Part shown: positions 27,057 through 40,722 of the stretch, piece by piece | Layout of the letters: every line of letters begins with the position of its first letter | Position numbering within the stretch: the stretch's first letter is position 1 | Assembly: GCF_006345805.1 (NCBI RefSeq) | Contig: NC_043003.1 | Span: 55,428,001 to 55,492,000 of the forward strand | DNA length: 64,000 nt | Direction: 5' to 3' | DNA from: Octopus sinensis | Taxonomy: Eukaryota | Notes under the pieces: generated by a model | Seen by the model: the letters and a program-made list of their open reading frames with translations, nothing else | What the model was told of the DNA's origin: nothing | Databases searched by the model: none | Position numbers and translations under genes: made by a program

Positions 27057-27240
27057 GGTATATATATATGTATATATATATGCATATATACGATAGACTT
27101 CGTTCAGTTTCCGTCTACCAAATCCACTCTCAAGGCTTTGGTCAGCCCGAGGATATAGTAGAGTGCCACGCAGTGGGACTGAACCCAGAACCATGTGGTT
27201 GGTAAGCAAGCTATTTACCACACAGCAACTACTGCGCCTA
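26782..27240 (-). mobile_element. CORE-type SINE, full length, with internal (TA)n(TG)n
   Basis: Complete head, internal microsatellite ~26990-27090, 3' module and tail repeat, all on minus. Confidence 0.92.
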
Positions 27241-27252
27241 CAACAGATATTT

Positions 27253-27324
27253 AGGTTCTACTGAGATATGAACTCGGATCAGGGGATTCAGAGTCCAGAG
27301 TGCTAACCATTACACCATAGAACC
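27253..27324 (-). tRNA. tRNA-Gln(CTG)-like sequence, probable pseudogene
   Basis: GGTTCTATGGTGTAATGGTTAGCACTCTGGACTCTGAATCCCCTGATCCGAGTTCATATCTCAGTAGAACCT (72 nt). Acceptor stem and D arm intact; two mispairs in the anticodon stem, one in the T stem; no oligo-T terminator. Confidence 0.85.
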
Positions 27325-27734
27325 AGGGCAACCTTGCAGATGTAAGTGCAAGATTACAAATTTCTAGGGAGCGTTGAGCCGATGATGTCGACTTCAGTAA
27401 CTGACTCGTACTTTATGTTATTAACCCAGAAAGAATGAAAAGAAAAACTGACTTTGTCAGATTTTGAACTTAGTACATAAGAGTCGGAGAAGGCATTTAG
27501 TCCGATGGATCTACGAATCGACATATCAACCAACCTTATATGTGTGATTCTGTTCATTATTATGATTATATTTTCTTTTCTTGTGAGTAAGAAATTTTGT
27601 TTGACCAATGGTTCGTATTTGTTATTCGTCACTACCAATTTTGTTATAACGGATTATGTTTGGCGTTGTTTCGGAAGAACTGCGGCTGGGATTGAAAAAT
27701 TGAAAAAGAAAAGCAAATTAACAATATTGAAAAG

Positions 27735-27886
27735 TTTAGCGATTTGGTATCGCTTTGCAACAAGGTGATTTCAGGTTCAATCTCACTGCGCGGCACTTTG
27801 GACAAGTACCTTGTACCGGATTCAGGAGCCGACCAATGCGTTGTAAATAAGTGAGTTTGATAAACAGAAATTTGCTGTAAGCTAAT

Positions 27887-27919
<33 letters not shown>

Positions 27920-28110
27920 CCTTGTGTCTGTGTTTGTCCACCATGGAAAGTTGTACTAGTTCCTTCTGCTCAGCGTCATTTAGCGGTTTTGCAAAAAGAG
28001 ACCAAAGCCACCCATAGAATAAGTGACATGCTTGAAACGAAAAGAAGTTCTGGGGTTGATTACTTCGACTAAAACCCTTCAAGATGTTCGTCCAGCATGA
28101 CCGAAGTTCA
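27735..28110 (+). mobile_element. CORE-type SINE, old and degraded, internal (TG)n
   Basis: GGTTCAATCTCACTGCGCGGCACTTTGGACAAGT, (TG)n, then TTTAGCGGTTTTGCAAAAAGAGACC..TCCAGCATGACC. Confidence 0.7.
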
Positions 28111-29600
28111 GTGTGTAAAACAATTAAAATATATAATATATAACGTTAGTTTCCAACCATATAATTTGTGATGTTAATATAAGCCTCTTTACGTCTTCAG
28201 TTGAAATCCTCTCAACATTCACTTTGCCTTTCGTCTTTCGTAAGAGTCTTTGAAATATATAAAGAGTAAGGTATCTGCTCGATATAATAAGGTATCACCC
28301 TCTTTCTGAAGACATTATAACTATGTTAGAAAGTGTTATTTATTGCAATTACTGTATTATTATTTGCTATTGTTATTAATGATGTTTCCATTATTCATCG
28401 AAGCAAATAAGCGTTAGTTTTGTGCTTCGTATTTTTGTTCTGTAGCATCTGTCCTTGAGGCGAATGAAAGGAATCCTTATTAAATATTGAAAACATTCAT
28501 CTTGTATTGTTTTGCTCTGTTTTCTGTTTCTCCTATCACATCGCTTTCTCTATCTCTATTTTAGAGTTTCTCTTTCTTTTGCTTTCTCATTCCATTTTCA
28601 TGGACGTAGGTGCTCGAAATTTTCATTGTTGTTTTAATCGCCATTGTAATTGTTATCGTCGTAAATTAAGAGCTCACTGCACATGCCCCACTCATACCGG
28701 AAGTGCTTGATTCAATAATATTTTGCGGTATAGGAGACAAAGAAAAACAAAACAAAATCGGAGGGACATTGTGGAAATGAATGTAACGGCAGTTGTGATA
28801 ATATTGCTCAAAGTATTGGTGGCTGTGATAAATAAATTAATAGAAGCAGATGTATTGTTCGTTGAAGTGGTGATGATGATGGTTATGGTGTTGGCGACGG
28901 CAGTGGTAATAGCAATACGGTAATCTGAAAGGGGTGAAATAAGGTCACAAATTCTTAAATTCAAAACCCAGAATTACTTATAGAGAAGACGTGACTGGAT
29001 GTGGTACTTCTAGTAAATTAAAATTAGGAATACAATAGAAAAAAATAATAAACGCTGAATATTTGACACAGACAAACAATATAACAGGAAGTTGACATAA
29101 AGCGAAATGGCGGCAAGTTAACACAAACTTGAACGACACTAATGTGAAACGGCGACATATTTAATTACGGCATATGTAGAGCATAACACATGTGCGCAAA
29201 TGTAACTACTAGAGTGTGAGTTCAATGCTGATGGAGCTTCCGTGCATTTGACTACTCAACCGTTTTCCCTTGTATTTATGAAGGCTTAGAATTATGTGCA
29301 TACATTTGTACATTAATATTTGTATTTATGTGTATGAGCATGTCTGCTTGAATGTGTGTGCATTTATGTGGAAATATATATAAAGTCGTATATATGCTTA
29401 CAAACAGAGGCGTATTTGCGCTTTTGGTTATATGGGGGTATTCGTGAGTAAAGAATGTATGAATGTAAGTCTGTGGTTAAATGCTATTGGATTACTGGTG
29501 TGTATACTTTTAATAACCAAATTGTGTGTGGGCGCGCGCAAGTGTGTAGAAGGGGTGTATATAGAAACACGTGCACATATGTATGCACATATATGTCTAG

Positions 29601-29644
<44 letters not shown>

Positions 29645-29672
29645 TATGTGTGTGTGTGTGTGTTTGTGTGTG

Positions 29673-29711
<39 letters not shown>

Positions 29712-29863
29712 GGATAAGTGTATACGGTATACACACACAAATATATTAGGAAGCTAAAAGTTACGACCGATCATAGAGTGACCATTGGTCTCGCACTTAT
29801 AAAGCACTGACCAGTAGAGACGACTCGTCACATACATACATACATATACATGTGTATATTATA

Positions 29864-29918
<55 letters not shown>

Positions 29919-29936
29919 ATATTATATATATATATA

Positions 29937-30160
29937 TTACTTAGATTACTTAGATAAGTTTCAGTCGAAGTTGAATCAGGTCTTGTCTAATGTAATAGCA
30001 CCCCCTAGAAGAGATACACAGTTAGTTCTTGGGTGCCATACCCCATTCGAGCAGAGAGTTATTATTTTTAGAGTGATATCCGGGTGAGGGTGGTTTGTCT
30101 GGTATTTGTTGGAGGTATTCCTCTAGAGAGCGTTTGAATACTGTGAAATCACTTTAATCC
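29937..30160 (-). mobile_element. CR1-type LINE 3' end fragment
   Basis: CCCATTCGAGCAGAGAGTTATT..ATATCCGGGTG aligns to 39345-39400; ends in a TCTAAGTAA repeat abutting (TA)n. Confidence 0.75.
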
Positions 30161-30787
30161 TTTATGTGGACTGGCACGATGTATATATGAAGTATAATGA
30201 AAGGAAAAAAACGTAGGTGTATACGATCTTTAATTCATAATCCAGGTTGGTTTAGAACCAATATAAATTCTACAATTTTTTTCGGAGTCTCATTGATTCC
30301 AAAGACAAAAACGAAAAACACTTCTTGAAATAAAAATTTGATTGTTCGTCAGGTCATATATCTTGATCAGTAACATGCTGCTTATTGTTGAACCCCATGC
30401 TTTAAAACCAGCTCTAATGGTTCGAACCTATCATGAACAGTGCGCCACACATCACCAGTAATATTTCCTTATTCCTTCTGTATACGGTTATATATATATA
30501 GATGTACTCGCATGGCAAGTGATTTGATCTGAGATCGTGTGCTGAAATGCATCGTATCTGAGATGCATCGTGTGTCTGAGATGCAGCACGGATTTTTGTC
30601 AGTGAACAGGTCACGGATTTTAGCGACGAAAATATTTTGACAAATTAAACTTAAATGTTGAAGTGAATCGAACGGCTTTTGTGTGTTTCTTAAATGGCTT
30701 ACAAACACCTTCCACGCTGCAATTGTTGATATATATATATATATATATAAATATATGTGTATATATATACATATAAATATATATATC

Positions 30788-30825
<38 letters not shown>

Positions 30826-31879
30826 CCATGATGGTGTTCTAGCACGACTGCAGTCACATGGCTGAAACGTATAAATGCGTTAAAAAAATATATTTCTAAA
30901 TTTTCCAATGTCTCCTTTCTATTTTTTTTACATTTCAGTTTTGTCCACTTTGGCTACGAAGACGAGCCGCCATGTAGAGTTGGCCTTGTAGGCTCGGCTT
31001 ACACACACAATTAACCCCTGTAACGTTTGTGGTCAGAAGGTCAATTAACATAACAAAATTTCATCAATCCTTTTAATTTGTCATTCTATCGATCGTGTTA
31101 CTATCGCGCCATTAAATACGATTTGACATTTATATAGTTTTTGATTTCTAGTTAAAGGAAAATGAAGTGAAAAGAGTGTTTGATATTCGTAGCTTTCTGA
31201 AGAGCATTAGGGCTGTAATTAAAGTTGATTTCGGTTTTATTTTAGTTTACTTTTATTATCATACATAATGTAGAAGTGAAAGAAAATTAATCAAACGTAA
31301 ACCAACTACAAAAAAAACATTTAAGCAGTCTCTCTACTTTCTAGAAATAAGAAACAACTCACCCTCATATGACACTCTAAAGTTTTAAAACCTAGAACGG
31401 CACAACGGTTAAAGTAGTCTCTTATATACACTATATCTATTGATGATCATGAGTGGACTGCTCCTGTGCATGCTACCCGATGAGAGCTCTGTTTAGGGGA
31501 TAGTAGCTAATGCAGCACTCTGGTAGAGGACTTACTTGCGCAAGACACCGAGCAAGTGGTTCATAAAACAAACCTACGAAACATGGTAGCAACACCGTCT
31601 ATTATCAGTTTTCAAGCATTCAAAGCTCAACATTTTAGAAGTATATATGACTGTATTATGTTTCCATGCGTTTTATGTAGATGGCAGTTTGTAATTTGAT
31701 TAGCTGTTCTAAAGCTTCTTCGTTATTTGGAATATACTTCCTGTTCTCTTTAGTATTTAACCCCTGCTCTATCCCCTTTGAGAAGACCTATCAGTACAAG
31801 CACAAAAATATGACAATCCCGTCCACTTTATAGGCTCTTATACATAGAAAGTCTATATTAGCCGATGTATTTTTCATTC

Positions 31880-32180
31880 TTTAAAACGATATGTGATTTG
31901 GTGGATATATGGCTGCAGTTTTTAGCAGATCGAGAACAACGAAACAGATTCTATTGGCTCGTCATGTAGACCTTGGCGTTGTAGTTTAATCCCAAATATT
32001 CTTCCATTGAAGACTTGTATCCAAAGCCATTCCAGGCGTAACCATCCCTTCATATCACCCTAAAAAATCTTAAATTACATTGTACTAAATGACCATCTTC
32101 TCTTAAAAAACTACAAACTCATTTAGGTGTCAATTAGTGGAAGCTTGGCTGCTATTTCTAGGCGATCAAATAAGTGCCCA
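31880..32180 (+). repeat. Unclassified interspersed repeat with TTGGCTGCTATTTCTAGC(AGGTC) motif
   Basis: Motif at ~31910 and 32145; reverse-complement matches at 44825, 52560 and 62262. Confidence 0.55.
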
Positions 32181-32310
32181 ATGGCTGTCACTTTAAAATG
32201 TACAGTCTACCTATAACTCCTCAAAACACCAAAATTAACTTGTTTATCATTATAATTATTTAACCCATGGATGACCGGAGTAAGCAGTCAGGTTGAGAAA
32301 GCTATCAAAA

Positions 32311-32722
32311 TGGAGTGGATGTATGGCAAGTAGCTTGCTTACGATCCACACGGTTCCGGGTTCAGTACCACTGCGTGGCAACTTGGGCAACTGTCTTCTA
32401 CTATAGCCTCGGACTGACCAAAGTTTTGTGAGTGGATTTGGTAGACAGAAACTGAAAGAAGCCCGTCGTATATATATGTATATATATATATGTATGTTTG
32501 TGTACATGTTTGTGTATCTGTGTTTGTCTGCCAATATCGCTTGACAACCGATGCTGCTGTGTTTACGTCCCCGTAACTTAGCGGTTCAGCTAAATGGAAC
32601 CGATAGAATAGGTACTAGGCTTACAAAGTATAAGTCCTGGGGTCGAAATGCTCGACTAAAGGCGGTGCTCCAGCATGGCCACAGTAAAAAATGACTGAAA
32701 CACGTAAAAGAGTAAAAGAGTA
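32311..32722 (+). mobile_element. CORE-type SINE, full length
   Basis: Head, GCAACTTGGGCAACTGTCTT, short internal (TA)/(TG), 3' module, GTAAAAGAGTAAAAGAGTA tail. Confidence 0.93.
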
Positions 32723-33161
32723 ACCCTTTTCCCCTCAAATATAGGAATGTGGCGAAATTTTCAAAGCTTCGGAAAAACGACCTTGTGGTATATGGAAACG
32801 GTTTTTTCCCTTTTCAGTTGGAATCAGGTAAAAGCCAACTGTAGCTTCTCTCCTGACTTCATAGATAATCCCTAGTCGCAGTCGAGTACTTTGGTAAATT
32901 TGTATTCGTCCTAAAAAAGACTAAATCTACTTTTTTACCAGATGTTTAGCATCTTGCAAACAAATAAATACAATGAGAATGTTTTATTATATATATTTAA
33001 AAAATGCGAAAATTTTAAAGACCTGCTGCTTTTTCTAGCATAGCGTACGTCCACATGTGTTTCATTTGATTCATGATTAGTAAGATATGAAACAAAACAG
33101 AGAAAGAGAGAGAGATAGAGAGAGGAGGGAAAAGAAGAGAGAAGATACTATATGCACACAC

Positions 33162-33237
<76 letters not shown>

Positions 33238-33599
33238 ACGTAAGTTCATATATGTGAGTTTATGTGTGATTGCATGTAAGTTCCCCTGTATGTGTGTGTG
33301 CGTGTGTATGTGAGTTGTGTATATATATATATTTATACGGAGACATAGCGGAGAGGAAAGAGAGGGAGAGAGATGTCAAGATTCCTGTTTATTTAGTCAT
33401 AAATCTCTTGCAAAGATGAAAGACGTCCAAAAAAGAAAAAAAAGAAAAACAACCCAAAAAATACAAAAAGTGAAGAGTATAAAACAATAAAACAAATAAT
33501 AAAATGATAAAATGGAAGCAAACAAAACCAAATATTGCAAACATTCAATATTGATAAATGAATAAAATGAAGAGAAATTACTCTAGTTATATAACTAAT

Positions 33600-33995
33600 A
33601 GAGATGGTGTTGTGATTGGTGGTGGTGGTGGTGGTGGTGGTGGTATTGGTGTTGGTGTTGCTGTTTGGGTTAGTGCCGCTGCTTTTGTATATGATGTTGG
33701 TGGTGATGGTGTTGAGAGTAGCACTGTTGTTGTTGTTGTTGTCGTTGTTTGCGATGGTGGTGTTACTGGCGGTGATGTGGGTGGTGGTGGTAGCGTGCTG
33801 TGTTGTTTAGAGAGGGGTAATACGGTTGTTGGTGCTTTTATTGGGGAGGACGGTGATGGTGTGTGTGTTAGTTTTGAAAGAAATAATACGGTTATCGTGG
33901 GTGTTGGCGGTGGTGTTGGTAGTGGTGGTGGTGGTGGGAATGGTGGTTGTGAAGGTTGGTGGGCGGCATTGTTGTTGTTGTTGTTGTGTTGATGT
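33600..33995 (+). repeat. Degenerate (GGT)/(GTT) trinucleotide block
   Basis: GGT/GTT/GAT runs produce the poly-V/G ORFs. Confidence 0.85.
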
Positions 33996-34027
33996 TGTTG
34001 ATGGTAATTATATTAGTTTTCCGAATA

Positions 34028-34255
34028 AGGCGGCGAGTTGGCTGAAACGTTAGCACACCGGGGAAAATTCTTAGCGGCATTTCGCCTGCTTTTACGTCCT
34101 GAGTTCAAATACCACCGAAGAATACTTTGTCATTCATCCCTTCTGTGGTCGATGAAATGAGTACCAGTTGAGTGTTAGCGTCGTTAAAATCGACTACTCT
34201 CCGCACCACCAAACAATTAATAAAATGGCCAGGCCTTGTGTCACTAATGGAAACG
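34028..34255 (+). mobile_element. Nin/Deu-type SINE, older tail variant
   Basis: AGGCGGCGAGTTGGCTGAAACGTTAGC..GAGTTCAAATACC..GGCCAGGCCTTGTG. Confidence 0.8.
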
Positions 34256-34322
34256 ATTAACTAGCTTGCAGAGCAGTTCGGTTTGTTGTTGCTGGTGATG
34301 GTGGCGACGATATGATTAAGAC

Positions 34323-34555
34323 GGTGACCTGGCAGAAACGTTAACACGCCGGTCCAAATGCCTAGCGGTATTTCATCTGCCGTTACGTTGTGAGTTCAAA
34401 TTCCGTCGAGGTCGACTTTGCCTTTCATCCTTTCGGGGTCGATAAATTAAGTACCAGTTACGCACTGGAGTCGATGTAATCGACTTAATACCTATGTCTG
34501 TCCTTGTTTGTCCTCTCTGTGTTTAGCCCCTTGTGAGTAATAAAGAAATAGGTAT
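34323..34555 (+). mobile_element. Nin/Deu-type SINE, LINE-like tail followed by GGTAT
   Basis: Full head and core; tail TGTTTAGCCCCTTGTGAGTAATAAAGAAATA ends at 34550, then GGTAT. Confidence 0.92.
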
Positions 34556-35004
34556 GATTTGGAAAAGTAGCTTTATTTTCGTTGTTAGTGATGGTGATGG
34601 TGGTAGTAGCGAGTGTCTTAGCTTTCACTGTTGCTGTTGGTGGTAGTGACGACGTTGATGGCAATGGCATTGGTGATGATGATGTTGTTCTTGCTCGGAG
34701 AGGAAGCACGGTTTTGGTTATCGTTTTTGTTGTTAATGTTGTTGGTGTTGCTGTTGTTGTTGTTAAGCAATAAGACAGGTAAGGGGGATTAGGTGATGAT
34801 CTAGTGCTTCGGAGCGGGAGACCCCAGATTTTGGAGAAAAAAACAACCTCTGGTCGTCTTATTGTAGTCGAGGGCTCTTCGTTGTCGCTCGACACCACTG
34901 GGAGATGGCCCTCGAAATTGCTGGAAATGGAGATCTCTAGGTCCAAATACTTGAACGGCTGTTGTTGGTTTTGATGTTAGTGGTGGTAGCGGTGGTGGTA
35001 GAGG

Positions 35005-35751
35005 TGTTTACAGCAGTGCCTCGAGGTAAAGTGTGTACTTTGTGATCGTCGCCTTGACCATGACAGAGAAAGTTGTCATGGTGATACCTGTTCAGAGACC
35101 AACACAAATCTGCAGAAAGTGTATGGTGAGGAGTGTATGAGATGCACACAAGTGTACGAGTGGTTCAGACGTTTCCAAGACGGCCGAAAAAATGTCGACA
35201 GTGACGAGCGTTCTGGGAGACCTGCAACCAGCAGAACTGAGAAAAAACATTGCAGATGTGCGTGCTGCTTGAGGGGAAATCCTCGAATCCCCATCCGTCA
35301 GTTATCAGAGGATGTGCACGGTTAATTCCAGTCCACTATCATTGAAGATTTGGGTAGGAGACGCGTGTCTACCAAGTTTGTCCCCAAACTGCTTTCACCT
35401 CACCAAAATCACACTCGGGTTTCAGTTGAACAAAATCTCCTTTATTGTGTCCAGAACAATTAAAACTCTTTGAAAACTTTGCGTAGGCCCCTGAACAGGT
35501 ATCGCCAAGCATTTGGGAAAACATGATGCTGATACTCTGCTCAACTTTCTTTTCCACGGTCAATGCGACGAACACACGCTACACACGTTACTTCCAAGCA
35601 ATGTTGTAAACAGCGATGGTGAGATAAAACTTTAGAACTTGGTGCGCATGCACAACAGAGTTCAAGGTCAATCTGTACCAATCTGCTTTACTCCGCGTAA
35701 TTTAGCTTCATTACTATAGCAACAGTCCGGATATTAATTGATCAGACTACG
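35005..35751. mobile_element. Mariner relic made of two convergent left ends
   Basis: Plus strand: MTEKV..GDTCSET..VYGEECMRCTQVYEWFRRFQDGR..RSGRP..KFVPKLL (35060-35470). Minus strand: TIR CGTAGTCTGATCAATTAATATCCGGAC (ends 35751, TA 35752-53) leading into EKKVEQSISIMFSQMLGDTCS. Confidence 0.8.
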
Positions 35752-35832
35752 TATATACTGGTAGTGGTGGAGATGGTGGTGGTGGTAGTGGTTGTGGAGT
35801 GGTGTTGTTGGTGGTAGTGATGATAAAAATGG

Positions 35833-36246
<414 letters not shown>

Positions 36247-36299
36247 CATTAATGACATTGCTGGTAGAGAGACGGTGAGAAAAAGTGACGAAAAGACGA

Positions 36300-36965
36300 G
36301 AGAGTTGTGTCAGAGAGTTGTTTCTTGCTGATGTTAATGAAGGAGCTGGGAATGTGGCGACGATGATGGCCGGGGTGGATGTTGCTGACGGGACTACCAG
36401 TAGTTTGTTATGGTGATGGTGACTGTATTATCGCTGATAGTTACCCAAGCTGGGGTTGATAAGTCGATGATGGTAAACGTAGCGGTTAGTGGAACTAGTT
36501 GAAACGATAGCAAATGGAGTTGATGCTGATGTGGCGAGTGGAGAAGTGGTATGATGGATGGTGGAATTGATATTTAATTTGGTGATGATGATGGAAATTG
36601 AAGCTGATAAAAGATAGAGGTAAGATTGTGTTGAGTAATAATGAATGAATCTGTTGATAGGAACGGTTGTATTGGTACTGGTGGTTGTAGTTGGTAGATA
36701 AAATGGTGTTGATGGTTGTGTATTAAGATAAAAGCAACTATAGAGTTGAAAGTGTTCTTCTTGATGATGGTAATGGTGGTTGGTCATGATGAAGCTGGCA
36801 ACAAAAATACGCATCATCATCATCATCACCATCGTCAAAAACATCATCATCGTCACTCTCGGCGGCGATGGAGGTGCTATCATCATCATCATCATCATCA
36901 TCATCTCTATCACCATCACCATTATCGTCGTCGTCATCATCATCATCCTCACTACCAGCAGCAGC

Positions 36966-36996
<31 letters not shown>

Positions 36997-37578
36997 CCAC
37001 CAACCCCTCACCACAACCATCCTCATCAGCATCGCCATCGTCGTCGTCGCTATCTTCATACACTACATCATCATTGTCATCACCACTACCACCCACCGGA
37101 AGAAAATTCTAAGGTTATTCTGTTGCAATTGTTCTTATTGATGATGATGATGAGAATGATGACGACGACGAGAACGACTACGATGATGATGATGATGGTG
37201 ATTAGAATCATGATGATGGTGATGACGACGATGTTGTTGTAGCCTCGGTTGTTGTGGAGGTGACTGCGGTGGTGAGGTATTGGTTTTGACGATGGATGTT
37301 GTGGTGATGATTGCAATCCGCCATGATAATAATAGTGGTGATAGCGGTTATTTTCATGGAAGATGATGAAGATGATGAAGATGATGATGATGATGATGAT
37401 AATGATGACGACGATGAAAATGATGATGATGATGACGATGTCGATGATGACATTGAAGATAGTGATGATGATGATGATGATGATGACGATGTCGATGACG
37501 ATGATGATTATGATTATGATGATGATGATGATGATGTCGAGGACTACGATGAAGATAATGATGATGAAAATGATGAAA

Positions 37579-37609
<31 letters not shown>

Positions 37610-38034
37610 CGACGACGACGACGATGATAATAATGACGATGATCGTGGTGTTACCTGTTTGAAGTGATGGCATTCATGGTGGTAGTCGTGGTAAATGCAG
37701 CGTCCTCGGTGGCGGCAACGGCAGCGCAAGTGAGGGGATGATTGTGGTGGGGCGATGGTTGTTCCTTGCATGGCAGCAATTGTATCACTGCTATGAACGA
37801 ATGGAGAAGACATCTGATGTTGCTAAGCACTTTGCAAAAGTCAAAACGTTGTTTAAAGCTTTCTAAGTAAAATAAATATCGTTTGTTATTTGTTTGCATT
37901 GGTTTTTATGCAGCTATTTTCTTGTTGCTCTTTTTGAAGTAGCGTTTCTAATTCCTTTCTAATATTATTATTATTATTATTATTATTGTTATTGTTGTTG
38001 TTGTTGTTTTTATTATTATTATTATTATCGTTGC

Positions 38035-38066
<32 letters not shown>

Positions 38067-38140
38067 GTAGTAGTAGTAGTAGTAGGAGGAGGAGGAGGAG
38101 GAGGATGTAGTAGTAGTCGGAGTAGGAGTAGTATATTTCT
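36300..38140. repeat. Compound trinucleotide low-complexity domain with strand flips
   Basis: GAT/GGT-rich to ~36800, CAT/CAC-rich 36800-37095, GAT/GAC-rich 37138-37680, TAT/TAG/GGA 37960-38110. Confidence 0.9.
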
Positions 38141-38600
38141 TGGTGGAGGTGGATATTTATTGGTGTAACATCCCGCTGTATAAGCATATGCGTGCGTTCA
38201 TACACATATACACCTATGTATATACATACATATATATATATATGTGTATGTATATGTATACATATATATGGGTATATATACACACACACACACATATACA
38301 TATACATATATATGCGTATGTATGAGTGAATGTGTGTGTAAGTGCGTGTGTGTTCGTGTGTGTGTATGTAGTATTTATTCTTCAATAATTGTTTTATGTT
38401 TACATGTCTGCTTTTGATTTCTCATTTTCACACTTTCATTATTTACAATCACACACACACACACACACATACACACACACTTACACAAATACACACGCAT
38501 ACACACTTGCACACACTCACATATTCAAATGCACAACACACACGTAAGCACACACATATATATGTATATATGGCGTCCTGTACTCATATATGCATATATA

Positions 38601-38651
<51 letters not shown>

Positions 38652-39098
38652 ATGCGTGTGTATTCTGTGTGGGTGTATACACATAATTGCCCACGTATAC
38701 ACATGTGTGTGTGTGTGTGTATTTGAATGCGTGAATGCATATGTGTACGTAGCACGAAATACAATTTTAGATGTTCTGTTTCAAAACAGAACAATATAAT
38801 CTCCTACAGACAAAAACTCTCCTATATGAACACTAAAATATATTTCCCCTCAAAGTATTTTGATACACAGCCAGATAAATATACATACATGCATGCATAC
38901 ACTCACGCACACTCACACATATATTTACATATCTATTCACGTGTATATTGGTGGATATTTGGATAATGTATATATACAGATGGTATACATGTCCGTATGT
39001 AGCCGTGTTCGCGTGTATGTATTTATATATTTATATATATATATATATATGTTACTATATAGTCATATATATATATACATGTGCATATGTGTATGTAT

Positions 39099-39140
<42 letters not shown>

Positions 39141-39155
39141 TATGTATATATATAT

Positions 39156-39186
<31 letters not shown>

Positions 39187-39240
39187 TATAGATAGATAGA
39201 TAGATAGATAGATACGCACACATGCATATATATATATATA

Positions 39241-40689
39241 TAACTTAGAATAACTTAGAAAGGTTTTTGGCCAGTATTGGCCCAGGCCATGTCTAACTTA
39301 ATAGCACCACCTGGCGAAGTCTTTCAGTTCAGGATTTGGGCACCAAGGCCCATTCGAGCAGAGAGTTATTGTTTGCGGAGACATATCCGGGTGTGGGTGG
39401 TTGTCCGGTACTGTTTGAAGGAATTTGTCCAAAGACTTCTTGAATTTTGTGTGGTCAGTTTCTTTTTTGACGTGTCCTGGTGTAATGTTGAAGAGAGCGG
39501 GTCCAATTGAGGTGAAATAGTTGTGCCGTATTGTCGTTATGTGATGCGATTTAGTTTGTTGTGGACGGATGGCACGTGGTCCAAGCCTTGGATGCATTTT
39601 GAAGGTGATGCCAACATCATTCGGACAGTGCTGATGGAATATTTTCCACATCATACAGATAATGTAGCGTTCACGGCGTCGTTGGAGTGAATACAATTTC
39701 AGCTTCTCTAGTTACCCCAGAGTAGTCAAGGTCTGACATGCCATCTATCTTTTTTGTGATTGACCTTTGGGGAGCTTCAATTCTCATAATATTTTGTTGT
39801 GTAGGGAGGACCACAGTGGACAGCAGTATTCAAGGTGGGGTCGGGCAAAGTGGAGAAGAGAAGGATAATAGCGTGGGAATCTCTCGACTGGAAGGTTCTG
39901 AGAATCCAGGAACACATTTCGCGGGCCATGTCAACTTTGCTGCTTATATGTGTAGCCCAGCTTATGTTGTTGTCCACTGTTACTCCCAGGTCTCTGATGT
40001 GTTGGATGCCATGAGAATTTCTCCAGAAGGAAGAGAGTATGGGAGTTTCAGAGCGTCCTCCCTTCCAAAGTGGATCAGTTCGAATTTGTCTTCATTTAGC
40101 AACATGTTATTCTTTTCCGCCCATTGGACAACAGCCAGTAGGTCTGACTGAAGTTTTATTCGGTCATCCACGCCATTGATGACCTTCTGGAGCTTGGAAT
40201 CATCAGCGAAGGTTCTGATGTTGCTGTGTTTGATGGTGTGTCCAGTAATATCATTTATGTAGATGATGAAGAGAAGTGGGCCCACACAGTGCGTGGATGC
40301 TGGGCCACTGCTGACTTTGGCTGGGCTGGATTTGACTCCTCGACTACAACATGTTGGGTTCTGTTAGAGAGGAAGCACTCGATCCATTGCAGCAGCTTTC
40401 CAGTGACACCAATATTGGACAGCTTTCTCAGAAGGATCTTATGATCAACCCTGTCAAAGGCCTTGCTGAAATCAAGGTAGATGACATCAGTGTTGGAACC
40501 CTCTCCCAAGGCTCTCAAAATGTCATCAAAATGATGCAGTAGCTGCGTCAGGCAATCTCTCCCATTACGGAATCCATGCTGGTTGGGGTTCAGCATATTA
40601 TGACTCTCAAGGAAGTGAGTCATACGCGATCTCAGCACCCTCTCAAATACCTTGATGATATGAGAGGTGAGTGAGATTGGACGGTAATT

Positions 40690-40690
<1 letters not shown>
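39241..40690 (-). mobile_element. 5'-truncated CR1-clade LINE (RT plus 3' end)
   Basis: NYRPISLTSHIIKVFER..QHGFRNGRDCLTQL..YLDFSKAFDRVDH..LGPLLFIIYINDI..FADDSKL..YSLQRRRERY, frameshifted. Ends in a TTCTAAGTTA repeat; both ends abut (TA)n. Confidence 0.93.

Positions 40691-40722
<32 letters not shown>

Noticed and set aside
34765-34960. GC-richer island with minus ORF 34485-34946
   Set aside because: Only a weak FKYL-like similarity to LINE RT; no convincing splice sites or domain.
37311-37667. Asp-rich ORF resembling acidic biomineralisation proteins
   Set aside because: Other frames are also open, it is embedded in a compound trinucleotide block, and it has no convincing signal peptide or splice context.
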